Part shown: positions 24,889 to 34,066 of the stretch, piece by piece
Numbering within the stretch: the first letter of the stretch is position 1
Layout of the letters: each line of letters starts with the position of its first letter
Source: Candidatus Avigastranaerophilus sp.
GTDB taxonomy: Bacteria > Muiribacteriota > Ozemobacteria > Ozemobacterales > Ozemobacteraceae
Length of the DNA: 49,153 nt
NCBI GenBank assembly: GCA_045639725.1
Contig: JAZUDR010000239.1
Location: 1 to 49,153, forward strand
Direction of reading: 5' to 3'
Position numbers and translations under genes: made by a program
Notes under the pieces: generated by a model
Told to the model about the DNA's origin: nothing
Databases searched by the model: none
The model's input: only the letters and a program-made list of their open reading frames with translations

Positions 24889-27209
24889 TTAAATATATGA
24901 GAAATTCCAAAAGAGGTTCCGGATATTTAATAGTATTGGTCTTTGTATCATTACTATTGATTTTCTTTTATATTTTCGGAAGGGTAAGAAGTGGTCATCA
25001 TCAACTTCAGTCTAAGGATGTCAGACGCTTTGTCGCTTCTAATCTTGGTGAGTCTGCACTTAATTGTATCATGGCGGAACTGAATGCCAACAGAGCATAC
25101 AATACTCATCGTTATTATTCGGTTAAATCGCCCAAAAGATGGACTTCTCCTGTAAAAAGCCGTGATTCACTTCTCGGAAAAATGGACAACCTGACACTTA
25201 CCGGTGTAAAAAACGGTATATACGGTGGATACACTGATTATGGTGAATTTAAAGCTAAGTTTGCTCAGAATTTTGGTTCCAGAGAAAATGCCAAGACAAG
25301 GGCTCTCCGGGAATCAGAAATGTATACTAGAGTTGAAATCGTTGTAAAGGTTGGCGGTGGCTGGGGCATAAGGGAAGAAACCTATAGAAAGATCAGTGCC
25401 CTTCTGGAAAGAAGATACCCCGCTGGTGAACATCTGCTGTTTGATGGAGAAATGCTTGATGTTGGCGCCCTTGGCCCCTATGATAAACGAGAAAACAAAC
25501 TTATTGGCGGCAGACTATACGGCCATAACTGGATAACGTTTAATACTGCTGGTGGAGCATGCAAAGGCTCTGAAGTTGTCGATAATGAAAAGATTGAAAG
25601 CCCAGGGCTTATAAGGGCGTTGAAAGATACTGATTTACAGTTTAAAAATAAAGAAACCCATAAATTAACTAATAAGAACGATTCTGTATTTGTTTCCGAT
25701 TTCGAAGACTTTGACGGTTATATTGTAGATGGTCCTCACGGGGCACATCCAATAAAACTTACCAGACTGCCAAAAGAAAGAATTAAAAGAACGGCCACTA
25801 ACAACAAGACTTATGGCGTTATCATTGATTCTAAGACAAAACTTCCTGTAAGCAGTTATAAGAATCCTTATGACCCCAGTGCTAAGTATTATGACTTAGA
25901 TTTTAAGGATTACAGAGTAAATGCTGTTCCAAGGGATGACGACGATACAAGAACTACGAGGGCATCTTCGAGTGAAGAAGAGTCTCTGGGCGACGAAGAA
26001 GAAGTGGTAGATAACTTGGAATCCCTGGATTCTGATGACCCTGATATTATTAAAAAGTGTTCAGGCAGAAAGATTCTTGTTTATTCTGAGGTTCCACTCA
26101 GGATATGGGGATGTCCGGATAAGAGCATAACAATATATAGTACAAAAGATATTGTTATTGCCGGTGATTTTAACCAGAATCCTAAGACCTGTCAGGTCTA
26201 TAAAGACAATTATTATTCTGATTACAAGAAGACACTTAAAAATGGTAAGGATAACAATAAGATAGGGGCAATGGTAATGTCCGAAGGCCGAATTCTTATT
26301 GATGTCTCAAAACCAAGCAAGTTTATAAAAAATGAAGTTAAGCCATATTTTCTGTATTGCTTAGCCAAGAGCATGCATCCTTCAACTATTGAAATTGAAA
26401 ATGAATTAATAAAAATAGTATGTCCGGTAGAACCGGAAGAAAGAGATTCAATTCGTGGAGTTTCCAGTTCTGTTGGTGAAGATGGATTGCCAGAACCAAG
26501 ATTTGGCACAATGGCTTTCTTATACAATTATCCTGAAATAAACTCCAGCGGAAGCTATTATGCTAACATCGAAGACCTTCAGACGTTTTTTATGCCAGGT
26601 GGTACCGCTTTGGATCCTAAATTTGGCATAAAAGATAGTAAGGTTCGCGATGATATTATTGAATACATTAAACAAGCTGTTAGAAGTGGTGGGGATTTAA
26701 CTGTTGATGAACAGGATAGAATCTTTGAAATGGCTTGGAATCAGGCAATACTTGAAGAAGAACAGGAGTTTGACCCTGGTTGCGGCGCAGCGGGACTTAT
26801 TTCTGGGCTTTTTAATGAAGCTGTTAAGGATGCCAATGACGGTCTGTATGTTCCTGAAATTACTATAAATGCTACTTTGATTAGCTCTTGCCGCCGTTCT
26901 TCTGATTGGCGTATTGGGAATTCCAGCAAGAAAGTAAAAGATGAAATCGGTAATCCTGAAGAATATTTGAAGAAGCCAGGTTTTATTATTCAGAGAATCT
27001 ATGGTGGTGATATCAGGATTGGTAGAGCAGAACCTGAATATTATATTGATGGTTCTAACAGTGGTAATAATATTCTAAGAAAAAGAGTCTGGGATAACAC
27101 AAATCTAGCCAATAGGGATTTTAAACCATTGGAAGCTCCTGCTGTGCATAATATTTTAACATTCACAGAAGAACAGATCTCAGCAAAAGAATATAATAAT
27201 TTCAAATAA
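24885..27209 (+). CDS. Large (774 aa) N-terminally anchored protein in the pseudopilin operon (GspK/PilX-like position), acidic low-complexity insert
   Basis: KRGSGYLIVLVFVSLLLIFF is the N-terminal anchor. Its start overlaps the previous stop (ATGA). An acidic tract DDDDTRTTRASSSEEESLGDEEE is present. I recognise no further family. Confidence 0.5.
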   Translation: MIKYMRNSKRGSGYLIVLVFVSLLLIFFYIFGRVRSGHHQLQSKDVRRFVASNLGESALNCIMAELNANRAYNTHRYYSVKSPKRWTSPVKSRDSLLGKMDNLTLTGVKNGIYGGYTDYGEFKAKFAQNFGSRENAKTRALRESEMYTRVEIVVKVGGGWGIREETYRKISALLERRYPAGEHLLFDGEMLDVGALGPYDKRENKLIGGRLYGHNWITFNTAGGACKGSEVVDNEKIESPGLIRALKDTDLQFKNKETHKLTNKNDSVFVSDFEDFDGYIVDGPHGAHPIKLTRLPKERIKRTATNNKTYGVIIDSKTKLPVSSYKNPYDPSAKYYDLDFKDYRVNAVPRDDDDTRTTRASSSEEESLGDEEEVVDNLESLDSDDPDIIKKCSGRKILVYSEVPLRIWGCPDKSITIYSTKDIVIAGDFNQNPKTCQVYKDNYYSDYKKTLKNGKDNNKIGAMVMSEGRILIDVSKPSKFIKNEVKPYFLYCLAKSMHPSTIEIENELIKIVCPVEPEERDSIRGVSSSVGEDGLPEPRFGTMAFLYNYPEINSSGSYYANIEDLQTFFMPGGTALDPKFGIKDSKVRDDIIEYIKQAVRSGGDLTVDEQDRIFEMAWNQAILEEEQEFDPGCGAAGLISGLFNEAVKDANDGLYVPEITINATLISSCRRSSDWRIGNSSKKVKDEIGNPEEYLKKPGFIIQRIYGGDIRIGRAEPEYYIDGSNSGNNILRKRVWDNTNLANRDFKPLEAPAVHNILTFTEEQISAKEYNNFK

Positions 27210-27537
27210 AACGGGCAAAAAAAAAGGCCACACTTCTATGAGGTAGCCTTGATCAAGGAAAGGAATGATTGAAGACAACTGACGAATAAGTCGTGCAGTG
27301 TTGCCATGTATTATGCAACATCCGTGCCAAGTTTTAAAATTTTGCAAAAATATTTTGATATTATGGCCAGATGCTTGAAGTAGTGCGGATATAGACAAAT
27401 AAAAATATTTTTTGGTGTGCATCGGTTGGTGCGTTATTACTAAGTGTGTACTATTTAACCATTATTTCTTTTTAAGATTTTGAATATTTTTTAAACAAAC
27501 TGCCAAAAGGTGTTCAAAAATTATACAATTAATTGGC

Positions 27538-27569
27538 ATAAAAAAAGACCGCATATTAAATGCGGTCTT
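27538..27569 (-). terminator. Rho-independent terminator of hfq
   Basis: The stem is aagaccgca (27545..27553) paired with tgcggtctt (27561..27569), with a 7-nt loop. A T-run follows on the minus strand. Confidence 0.8.
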
Positions 27570-27583
27570 TCAAAACTCTATCT

Positions 27584-27808
27584 TCAGTTTTCGGTTGGAA
27601 GATTGAAATTGTCTGGCAGTTGAAGTGTTGAAATTGCATGCTTGTAAATCAACTGCTTCTTTCCTTCTGATTCCAGAAGAATGACAAATGTGTCAAAATC
27701 TAAAACTGTACCTTGAATCTGGAAGCCCTTCATCAAAAAAATCTTAACGGCTTCTTTTTCTTCTTTGAGATACTGAAGAATATTGTCTTGAATATTAATT
27801 GCTGGCAT
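27584..27808 (-). CDS. hfq: RNA chaperone Hfq
   Basis: The start at 27808 follows GGAGG plus 7 nt. The 74-aa product reads MPAINIQDNILQYLKEEKEAVKIFLMKGFQIQGTVLDFDTFVILLESEGKKQLIYKHAISTL, covering Sm1/Sm2 including YKHAIST. Confidence 0.9.
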   Translation of the reverse strand: MPAINIQDNILQYLKEEKEAVKIFLMKGFQIQGTVLDFDTFVILLESEGKKQLIYKHAISTLQLPDNFNLPTEN

Positions 27809-27896
27809 TGAAATACCTCCGTTTTTATTTCTATGTGACATTGTATATAAAAAAGCAAATCTTTGCAAGTGGTCGGACTTGCTTTTTTGTTAACGA

Positions 27897-30644
27897 TTAT
27901 TTAGCCGCTGGTAGAACTTGCTTTATAATTGGTAGCAATGATTTTATTCTACTATTTAACAAATCGACCTTTTGGCTTAACCACGTTAATGGTTGTTCAA
28001 AATCTGTTGAAATATAAACCATATCCTTTTCCTGCTGCATTTTTATGGTTGTGGGCAGGTTCATATTTTTAGCATTAAGCTTGAATTGGAATAGACGTCT
28101 TGCTAATTTTTTCATGAAGGCGTCATCTTCGGTTTTACCGGTTGAGCCAATGATAAACTCATTGAGAACATCGTCTGTATAGGTATAGCTTGATTGCAAT
28201 CTTGTAAATGGTTCAACAGGATTACTTATAAAACCAACTACAAGCTGTGGGATTCTTGTTTTGAATTCGTTCCAATCGATGTAGAATTCAAGCATATAGC
28301 CTTTCCTGTATGGCAATACGTTGGCAAGACTGTCTACTATTTCCTGGGTTAACTTGTTCTTTGAAAAATAGACTGCATTGCCATTTATCATACTGTAATA
28401 GTTGCCTGATATCAGTTTTATCTGACAATTATCTGGTGACATTTCCTGACTTTTTTCTTTTTTATAGCCAAACATGTTTATTATTGCCTGTTGCAATTCA
28501 GTAGCATTGTTTTTGTCTGATTCGATTCTTGTTATTGCAGTAGCTGAAGGTGCTATGAATCTGTCGATAAATATCGTTACATTGCAGTCCTTGTAGCCGT
28601 TCAGCTTAGGAACATATTCTCCTATGGCTTTGAATAATTCAGAACAGAATGAAACAGCAACCGGATATTTTATCGGAGCTGGAAGAGTTATTATATTAGA
28701 ATCTGTAGAAGTCTTGTTTTCGCTGCTTTTTGGGGCAGGTTCTTCTGAAGGTGCTGCAGAAGACGGTTCTTCGGATTCTTCATCAGGTTCCAAGATTGCG
28801 TCTTCATCTTCATCCTCTTCTTCGGCTTCTGTTTCAGATGCTTCTTCTTCGTTGTCGTCTTCTTCAGCTTGATCTGCTTCTTCGGAAGATTCCTTTACAG
28901 GAGCCTCCGGTTTGTTTTGAGTTTCTTTTACGACTGCATAATGAAGCTTATAGCTATTAAGTAGAGGTTCTTTGAGAGTTTTTAATCCCTTTTGCAGGTC
29001 TGAACAGATTCTTGTGATTTCTATAGATTTTTCGTAAAGACCTTCTTCCTGGTAGAGTCTGGAAATACCAGTAAGTATATTTATTACCTTTTCTTTATCT
29101 GCTTTTTCACCTAGTAGACCATGATAATCAGCCATTGCTTCATGATATGCTTTCAAGCGGATTGTAAGATAAAGGGTTTCGTCCGGATCTTCCATTCCAG
29201 GGGCTGATTTGAAAGCTTCCTTAACGAAGGTTAAAGCATTTTCAAATTCGTTTTTGTCCAGATATACTCTTCCAAGATGAAGCAGGATTTCGCCTTGGCC
29301 CGGAACAAGATTATTTGCTTTCTGAAGGTTGGTGAGAGCGTTTTCTAAGTCGCCGTTTCTGTAATATGCCCAGCCTAGTGTGTCTAGGTAAGAAGCGTTA
29401 TTGGGTTCCAGCTCATTAGCTGTTACTGCCATCTTTAATGCTTCTTGCGCATTTTTATTCTGTTCTGTGTAGAGATAAGCAAGATTGTTTAAGGTTTCTG
29501 CTGAATCAGGTCTGAGCTTAACTGCGATTTCATACTGTTCGGCAGCCTTATCTAATTGTTTTGTAGAATAATACACTGTGGCGAGGTGATTATGGGATTC
29601 ATATACATTGCCACGCATTTCAATTGATTTTTGAAGTGATTCTTCTGCAAGCTGATAGTTTCTATTCTTAAAGGCTGCCCAGCCAAGACTGTCATAAAAG
29701 CCTGGATTTTCTGGAGAAAAATCTACAGCTCTTTGGCATAAATCTTGTGCTGTTTGTGTATTTACACCATATTCAGCATATAAATAACCAAGGTTGTTCA
29801 GAGCATGAGGATTCCCTGGTGACATTTCAAGAATCTTTTTGTAAACAGCTTCTTCCAACCAGAAGGGTTCCTGTTTGTTCTTTTGCTGATATTCTTCGTG
29901 AAGACCCATGTAAATGCTGAGGAGAGAGTTCTGAAGCTTCTGATTGTGCGGGTCTAGTGAAGATGCCTTTTCGTAGGAGGCTATTGCAAGGAATAAGGCT
30001 GATTCACTACCGCCTATGTATCTGAAGCACTGACCCATTACATAATAATATTGAGCAGTCTTAGGAATGATTGTTAAGGCAGCTTTGAGGTCTTCCTCTG
30101 GCTTCATTAATTGAAAATAATTGTTGGGGCGGTCTCTTAATGCGTTGAAGATAATGCCCTTAGCTATCCAATAATTGGCATTTTCTGCTAAGTCATCTTC
30201 ATTGTCGAGGAGGAGTTCCTCAAATTCCTGATCTTTCTTATTTTCAGGATCTTCTGTTTTGTCTGATTGCAAGAGGAGACCAGCATAAAAGATTTCTCTG
30301 AGCTTTTCTTCCTGAGTTGGTTTCTTTTTGTCTTTGGTTGAAAAATATTTATTCCCTGCAGCTAGTAATTCTGCATGGCGTGGGGTATCTGATAGCTTTA
30401 TGAGTGTGAACCAGCGGTTAATTGCATGAAACTGCGCAAGAACATCATTGTCATGTTCAAGAATGTATTTTTTTAAAAGCTGAAGATTATAGTCTGTTGG
30501 CTTGGTTTTCTCAAAATTTACTTCTTCCTGCTTGAAAAGTGGTAATGCAAAATCAAAATTGATTTCTGCACTGAGCTTTGTACATAAGCCCAAGACCAGT
30601 ATTGCAATTGTGCAAAATACGGTGCGCACACGTCCCTTGAACAT
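27897..30644 (-). CDS. Exported TPR-repeat protein with poly-acidic linker and uncharacterised C-terminal domain
   Basis: I prefer the ATG at 30644 (AGGAGG plus 6 nt) over the track start at 30671. The signal/anchor is MFKGRVRTVFCTIAILVLGLC. Many TPR units are visible (ALNNLGYLY, AWAAFKNRNY, LGWAYYRNGD...). The linker is an E/D-rich tract (EEADQAEEDDNEEEASETEAEEEDEDED), and ~270 aa of unknown domain follow it. Confidence 0.7.
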   Translation of the reverse strand: MFKGRVRTVFCTIAILVLGLCTKLSAEINFDFALPLFKQEEVNFEKTKPTDYNLQLLKKYILEHDNDVLAQFHAINRWFTLIKLSDTPRHAELLAAGNKYFSTKDKKKPTQEEKLREIFYAGLLLQSDKTEDPENKKDQEFEELLLDNEDDLAENANYWIAKGIIFNALRDRPNNYFQLMKPEEDLKAALTIIPKTAQYYYVMGQCFRYIGGSESALFLAIASYEKASSLDPHNQKLQNSLLSIYMGLHEEYQQKNKQEPFWLEEAVYKKILEMSPGNPHALNNLGYLYAEYGVNTQTAQDLCQRAVDFSPENPGFYDSLGWAAFKNRNYQLAEESLQKSIEMRGNVYESHNHLATVYYSTKQLDKAAEQYEIAVKLRPDSAETLNNLAYLYTEQNKNAQEALKMAVTANELEPNNASYLDTLGWAYYRNGDLENALTNLQKANNLVPGQGEILLHLGRVYLDKNEFENALTFVKEAFKSAPGMEDPDETLYLTIRLKAYHEAMADYHGLLGEKADKEKVINILTGISRLYQEEGLYEKSIEITRICSDLQKGLKTLKEPLLNSYKLHYAVVKETQNKPEAPVKESSEEADQAEEDDNEEEASETEAEEEDEDEDAILEPDEESEEPSSAAPSEEPAPKSSENKTSTDSNIITLPAPIKYPVAVSFCSELFKAIGEYVPKLNGYKDCNVTIFIDRFIAPSATAITRIESDKNNATELQQAIINMFGYKKEKSQEMSPDNCQIKLISGNYYSMINGNAVYFSKNKLTQEIVDSLANVLPYRKGYMLEFYIDWNEFKTRIPQLVVGFISNPVEPFTRLQSSYTYTDDVLNEFIIGSTGKTEDDAFMKKLARRLFQFKLNAKNMNLPTTIKMQQEKDMVYISTDFEQPLTWLSQKVDLLNSRIKSLLPIIKQVLPAAK

Positions 30645-30732
30645 TTTTTGCCTCCTGAGATGCTGTTCCATCTCATATATAAGTGGCAGGGAATATACTG
30701 TTTGTCTTTTCCCTGCCAGAATTTCTATTATA

Positions 30733-33700
30733 TTAACCGAGAGTTGTTGTCTGCTTTTGACTGCGGATTATTGCGAACTGGTCATGATAATCCTGAAGTA
30801 TCTTCTGGATGCCACGCTTGATTGAAAGCAATTCATCGCTTGAAGCCCTGACTTCATGATTCTGTTTGATTTCCTGTTCAATGGCTTCTTCAATCTTTTT
30901 CACCTTAGCACTGATGAATGGCAGATATCTGTTGACAAATTCTTCCTGCTTCGGGAATGGAAGTGATTTCCAATATTCATTGTAAACAGTTCTTATTAGA
31001 TAGAGACCCATAGTGTTGTTCTTCAGGTAGTCAAACAACTGAATAAGGGTTCTGCCGATTGGCTGCGGCTTATCCTGCTGATACCACAATTCATACTGAA
31101 CAAGTTCTGAATTGTATTCAATACCGTGTTTGCCGTGAACATTGTCAGCCATGAGTTCATAGCGAAGCAGCAAATAAACCATGTAATGTTCTTCAAGCTT
31201 CTTGGCTGGAATCAGACTGTAGCTGGACCAGAGAATCGGGTAGGCGTCATTGTTGAGAATAGCATGGCAGTTAATCTTGGCGTTATTCTTTCTATAGAGA
31301 TTATGCCACTGTGCGATAGAACTCAGATTGTATGGGGCGATACCATGCAGAGTCTGAAGAAGACTGATTTCGTAAGGATTTCTTGTTGGAGCAACAGAAA
31401 CACCTATGTCACCCTTGCGCAGGCTTTCCTTGATTTCTTCTGTGAGCTTGCTGTTTTCATCAGAAATACCAAGGGTTACTATGTTCATGCGCTGTGGCTG
31501 ATTGTTGCCACGGTCATTGAGAGTAACCAACGGAGTAGACTGATTCATGAGGCTTTCTACAAGACTCTTCTTGTAGCCCTTCTTTACCGAATCCTTCCAA
31601 TGGATGAAATCTTCGATACCGCCGAATAATCTGCGCTGAATTGAATCACGGCAGTATTTTACGATATCTTCTTCAAGAGTATTGGTTTCATGGGTTGTAT
31701 ATTTGTCCCAGTTTTCCTTGAGATTTAACTTAATAAGGAAATTTCCTTCGATGTCATTGTTGGACAAATCGCCAAGCAGATATTTGTAGAAAGGTTCGAT
31801 ATCTCTTTCTTCAAAGATATATGTTCTGATGAATTTCTGAACCTTTGAATACGGCTTAATCTTTTCTAGGCAACGTTCATACTGGCGTTCAAGGTTACCA
31901 TCCTTGGAAATCTGAATAAGTCTGTTGTTAAATACTTCAACTTTTTTGCGGATATTCTGGGCTTGAACATTCAAATACTTCAGGAAGTCTTCAACACAAT
32001 TCATACAGAACATTTCATATTCCATGTCAATTGCTTCTCTGGTTTCTTTGAGCAATTTGTCGCGGAATTCACCAAGCTTGGTTTTCCTGAAAACATCTGC
32101 TATTTTGCTCTTAAGGCCCATGAAGCCGCTAAGTTCATCTTTTAGCTGAATAGCAACTTCTGTATATTCGCGTTTTTCCTTATCAAGCTTTGCTTTGATT
32201 TCCTGAGATTTGCGAACAAGCTGATCCTTGGGATATCTGATAAGGTATTTTTCAAAAGCTATTAAGAAATCTATTGAAACCTGAGCGCCAAGGTCTGGAT
32301 CGTTTATGATTTCAATAACCTTGTCTCTAAGATGTTCGCCAGCTTTCTTTGCGGCTTCTTCAAATTTTATGCGAACCTGAGCTCTGATATCGTCTTTCTT
32401 AACTCTGTCAGAGTCAGTTTCCTGAATCTGTCTTAATATGAATGCAGAACCAGATTCATTTTCCTTCTGCTTGTTTGAAACTTTAACGGTATGGAAACGA
32501 GGATTATCCCAGTATTCCTTGCGCTTGATAATATCTTTGCTGAGTGCAAGCAAACCTTCCGGAGTTAAATCCAATACGCTTGGATTGTTTTCTGCAAATT
32601 CCTGAACCATGGCGTCAAGAAGGATTCTGTCCTTAGATAGCTTGAGCCAGTAGTTTACGTCCATTGAAAGCTTGTAGGTATAAAGCTCTCTGATTATATC
32701 TAATGGATAGTAGAAACTCTTGAAACCTGCGGAACTGAAGCACTTCAACTGCTTGCCTTCCAGGTCTGAACTGAATTGGCCAAGAATCTGGGAGGCATTG
32801 TCAAGCATTGAATTCTGTGCCTGACGAAGCTGAGTTGCAAGCTTTGTGAAAATCAGTTCAGAAGCTATTGCATAATAGGTCTGAATATCATCCATATTGC
32901 TAGTACCAAGCAAATAGCACTGATCAAATGGAGGTTCCTCTGCAACAGTACCGAAGGTGGTTGTGTCATTGCTCTTGCCAATTGGACCATAATTAACCAT
33001 GAATTTGTTGCGGCGGTCCTGGGCAATGATGTCTTTGGCAGACTGAGTCGGCGGGAATTTTTCTTTGTTCATAAAGTAATAGGTTTCTGCTAATGAAGCG
33101 TAACCATTACCTTCAATTCTACCTGTGGAGTTTACATTTGGGTCTATGGCAATCTGGGTGAATGCTTCAGGAGTGAGTTCAATGCCTATGATTGATGGCT
33201 TGCCTTTACCACCAGAAAGCTGATAATAAGCCATCTTGAGCAAATAGGCCATATCCATGAACATACCAGCACCGGAACCACCACACATTGAACCAACTAC
33301 ATAGAATTCAGGAGTAAGAATCTGGCCCTGCTTGTTGGTTAACGGAACAATGATGTCTTCTTGGTTTACATTACCACGGGCCATGATTTTGCTAATCTTG
33401 CTCTTCAGCAACATGAAAATCTTCTGGACATCTACAAAAACGCCAAAACGGCCTGTAAATCTAAATTGGTGAGCACCTTGACTTATCTGGCCAATATGGG
33501 TTTTTAACTTCTGAGGAAACCATTCGTAAAGATAACCATAAGTGTCTGTATCCAGATTGTTGGTTATCTGACCTGCATTTTGAATGTTAATCTGATGATA
33601 TTCGCTTTCACTAAGCTTTACTGCAGATTTTTCCTCTTCTTTCTCTGGCTGGTTTGCATCAAAAATGTCTGTGTCGATGCATAACAAATCTATGAAATCA

Positions 33701-33864
33701 GGAAGAGAGGTTTCTGTTTGTCCAGATTGTTCGTAGGCCCTTCTTATCTGTGGACTTGTCAAAAAGGTTTCCTTGAAATTCATCAGGGCTTTTTTGCCTG
33801 TTCCACCAAGACCAACGATTAATGCTGGATTTAATGCTATTCTGTTTTCGTAGTTGACACTCAT
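30733..33864 (-). CDS. Giant tubulin/FtsZ-superfamily-like GTPase (Tubulin_2-type N-terminal domain, long coiled-coil/helical C-terminal region)
   Basis: ATG at 33864 follows GGGAG; the track start at 33879 is TTG. The T1-like loop is LIVGLGGTGKKAL (nt 33790..33813). GAHQFRFTGRFG is also present. The T4/signature-like loop is VVGSMCGGSGAGMFMD (nt 33265..33294, verified by back-translation). There is no signal peptide. Confidence 0.65.
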   Translation of the reverse strand: MSVNYENRIALNPALIVGLGGTGKKALMNFKETFLTSPQIRRAYEQSGQTETSLPDFIDLLCIDTDIFDANQPEKEEEKSAVKLSESEYHQINIQNAGQITNNLDTDTYGYLYEWFPQKLKTHIGQISQGAHQFRFTGRFGVFVDVQKIFMLLKSKISKIMARGNVNQEDIIVPLTNKQGQILTPEFYVVGSMCGGSGAGMFMDMAYLLKMAYYQLSGGKGKPSIIGIELTPEAFTQIAIDPNVNSTGRIEGNGYASLAETYYFMNKEKFPPTQSAKDIIAQDRRNKFMVNYGPIGKSNDTTTFGTVAEEPPFDQCYLLGTSNMDDIQTYYAIASELIFTKLATQLRQAQNSMLDNASQILGQFSSDLEGKQLKCFSSAGFKSFYYPLDIIRELYTYKLSMDVNYWLKLSKDRILLDAMVQEFAENNPSVLDLTPEGLLALSKDIIKRKEYWDNPRFHTVKVSNKQKENESGSAFILRQIQETDSDRVKKDDIRAQVRIKFEEAAKKAGEHLRDKVIEIINDPDLGAQVSIDFLIAFEKYLIRYPKDQLVRKSQEIKAKLDKEKREYTEVAIQLKDELSGFMGLKSKIADVFRKTKLGEFRDKLLKETREAIDMEYEMFCMNCVEDFLKYLNVQAQNIRKKVEVFNNRLIQISKDGNLERQYERCLEKIKPYSKVQKFIRTYIFEERDIEPFYKYLLGDLSNNDIEGNFLIKLNLKENWDKYTTHETNTLEEDIVKYCRDSIQRRLFGGIEDFIHWKDSVKKGYKKSLVESLMNQSTPLVTLNDRGNNQPQRMNIVTLGISDENSKLTEEIKESLRKGDIGVSVAPTRNPYEISLLQTLHGIAPYNLSSIAQWHNLYRKNNAKINCHAILNNDAYPILWSSYSLIPAKKLEEHYMVYLLLRYELMADNVHGKHGIEYNSELVQYELWYQQDKPQPIGRTLIQLFDYLKNNTMGLYLIRTVYNEYWKSLPFPKQEEFVNRYLPFISAKVKKIEEAIEQEIKQNHEVRASSDELLSIKRGIQKILQDYHDQFAIIRSQKQTTTLG

Positions 33865-34066
33865 TGTAAATGCTCCCAAATTAGACTAGTCAATGATTCA
33901 GTATAGCAACTTTATTATCTATAATCAATTTTTATTATTAAGGTGCAGTTTTTTTATTATTGCTAAAAACTTAAAACGGAATATTTGTCTTTTGATGTTT
34001 GTTGGTGTAAACTAAAAAAAACTTTACGTTAAATGAAAGTAAAATACTACTACATGGAGTGATAGT

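Noticed and set aside
27210-27537. A ~330-nt non-coding gap downstream of hfq, considered as a possible sRNA, 6S, tmRNA or RNase P locus.
   Set aside because: I could not find any diagnostic conserved motif, a strong stem-loop or a promoter/terminator pair. The 80-aa track ORF at 27180..27422 looks like noise. The question remains open without covariance-model searches.
28624-28960. Two plus-strand ORFs with poly-Ser/Leu tracts.
   Set aside because: They are antisense shadows of the GAA/GAT-rich acidic linker of the TPR protein gene.
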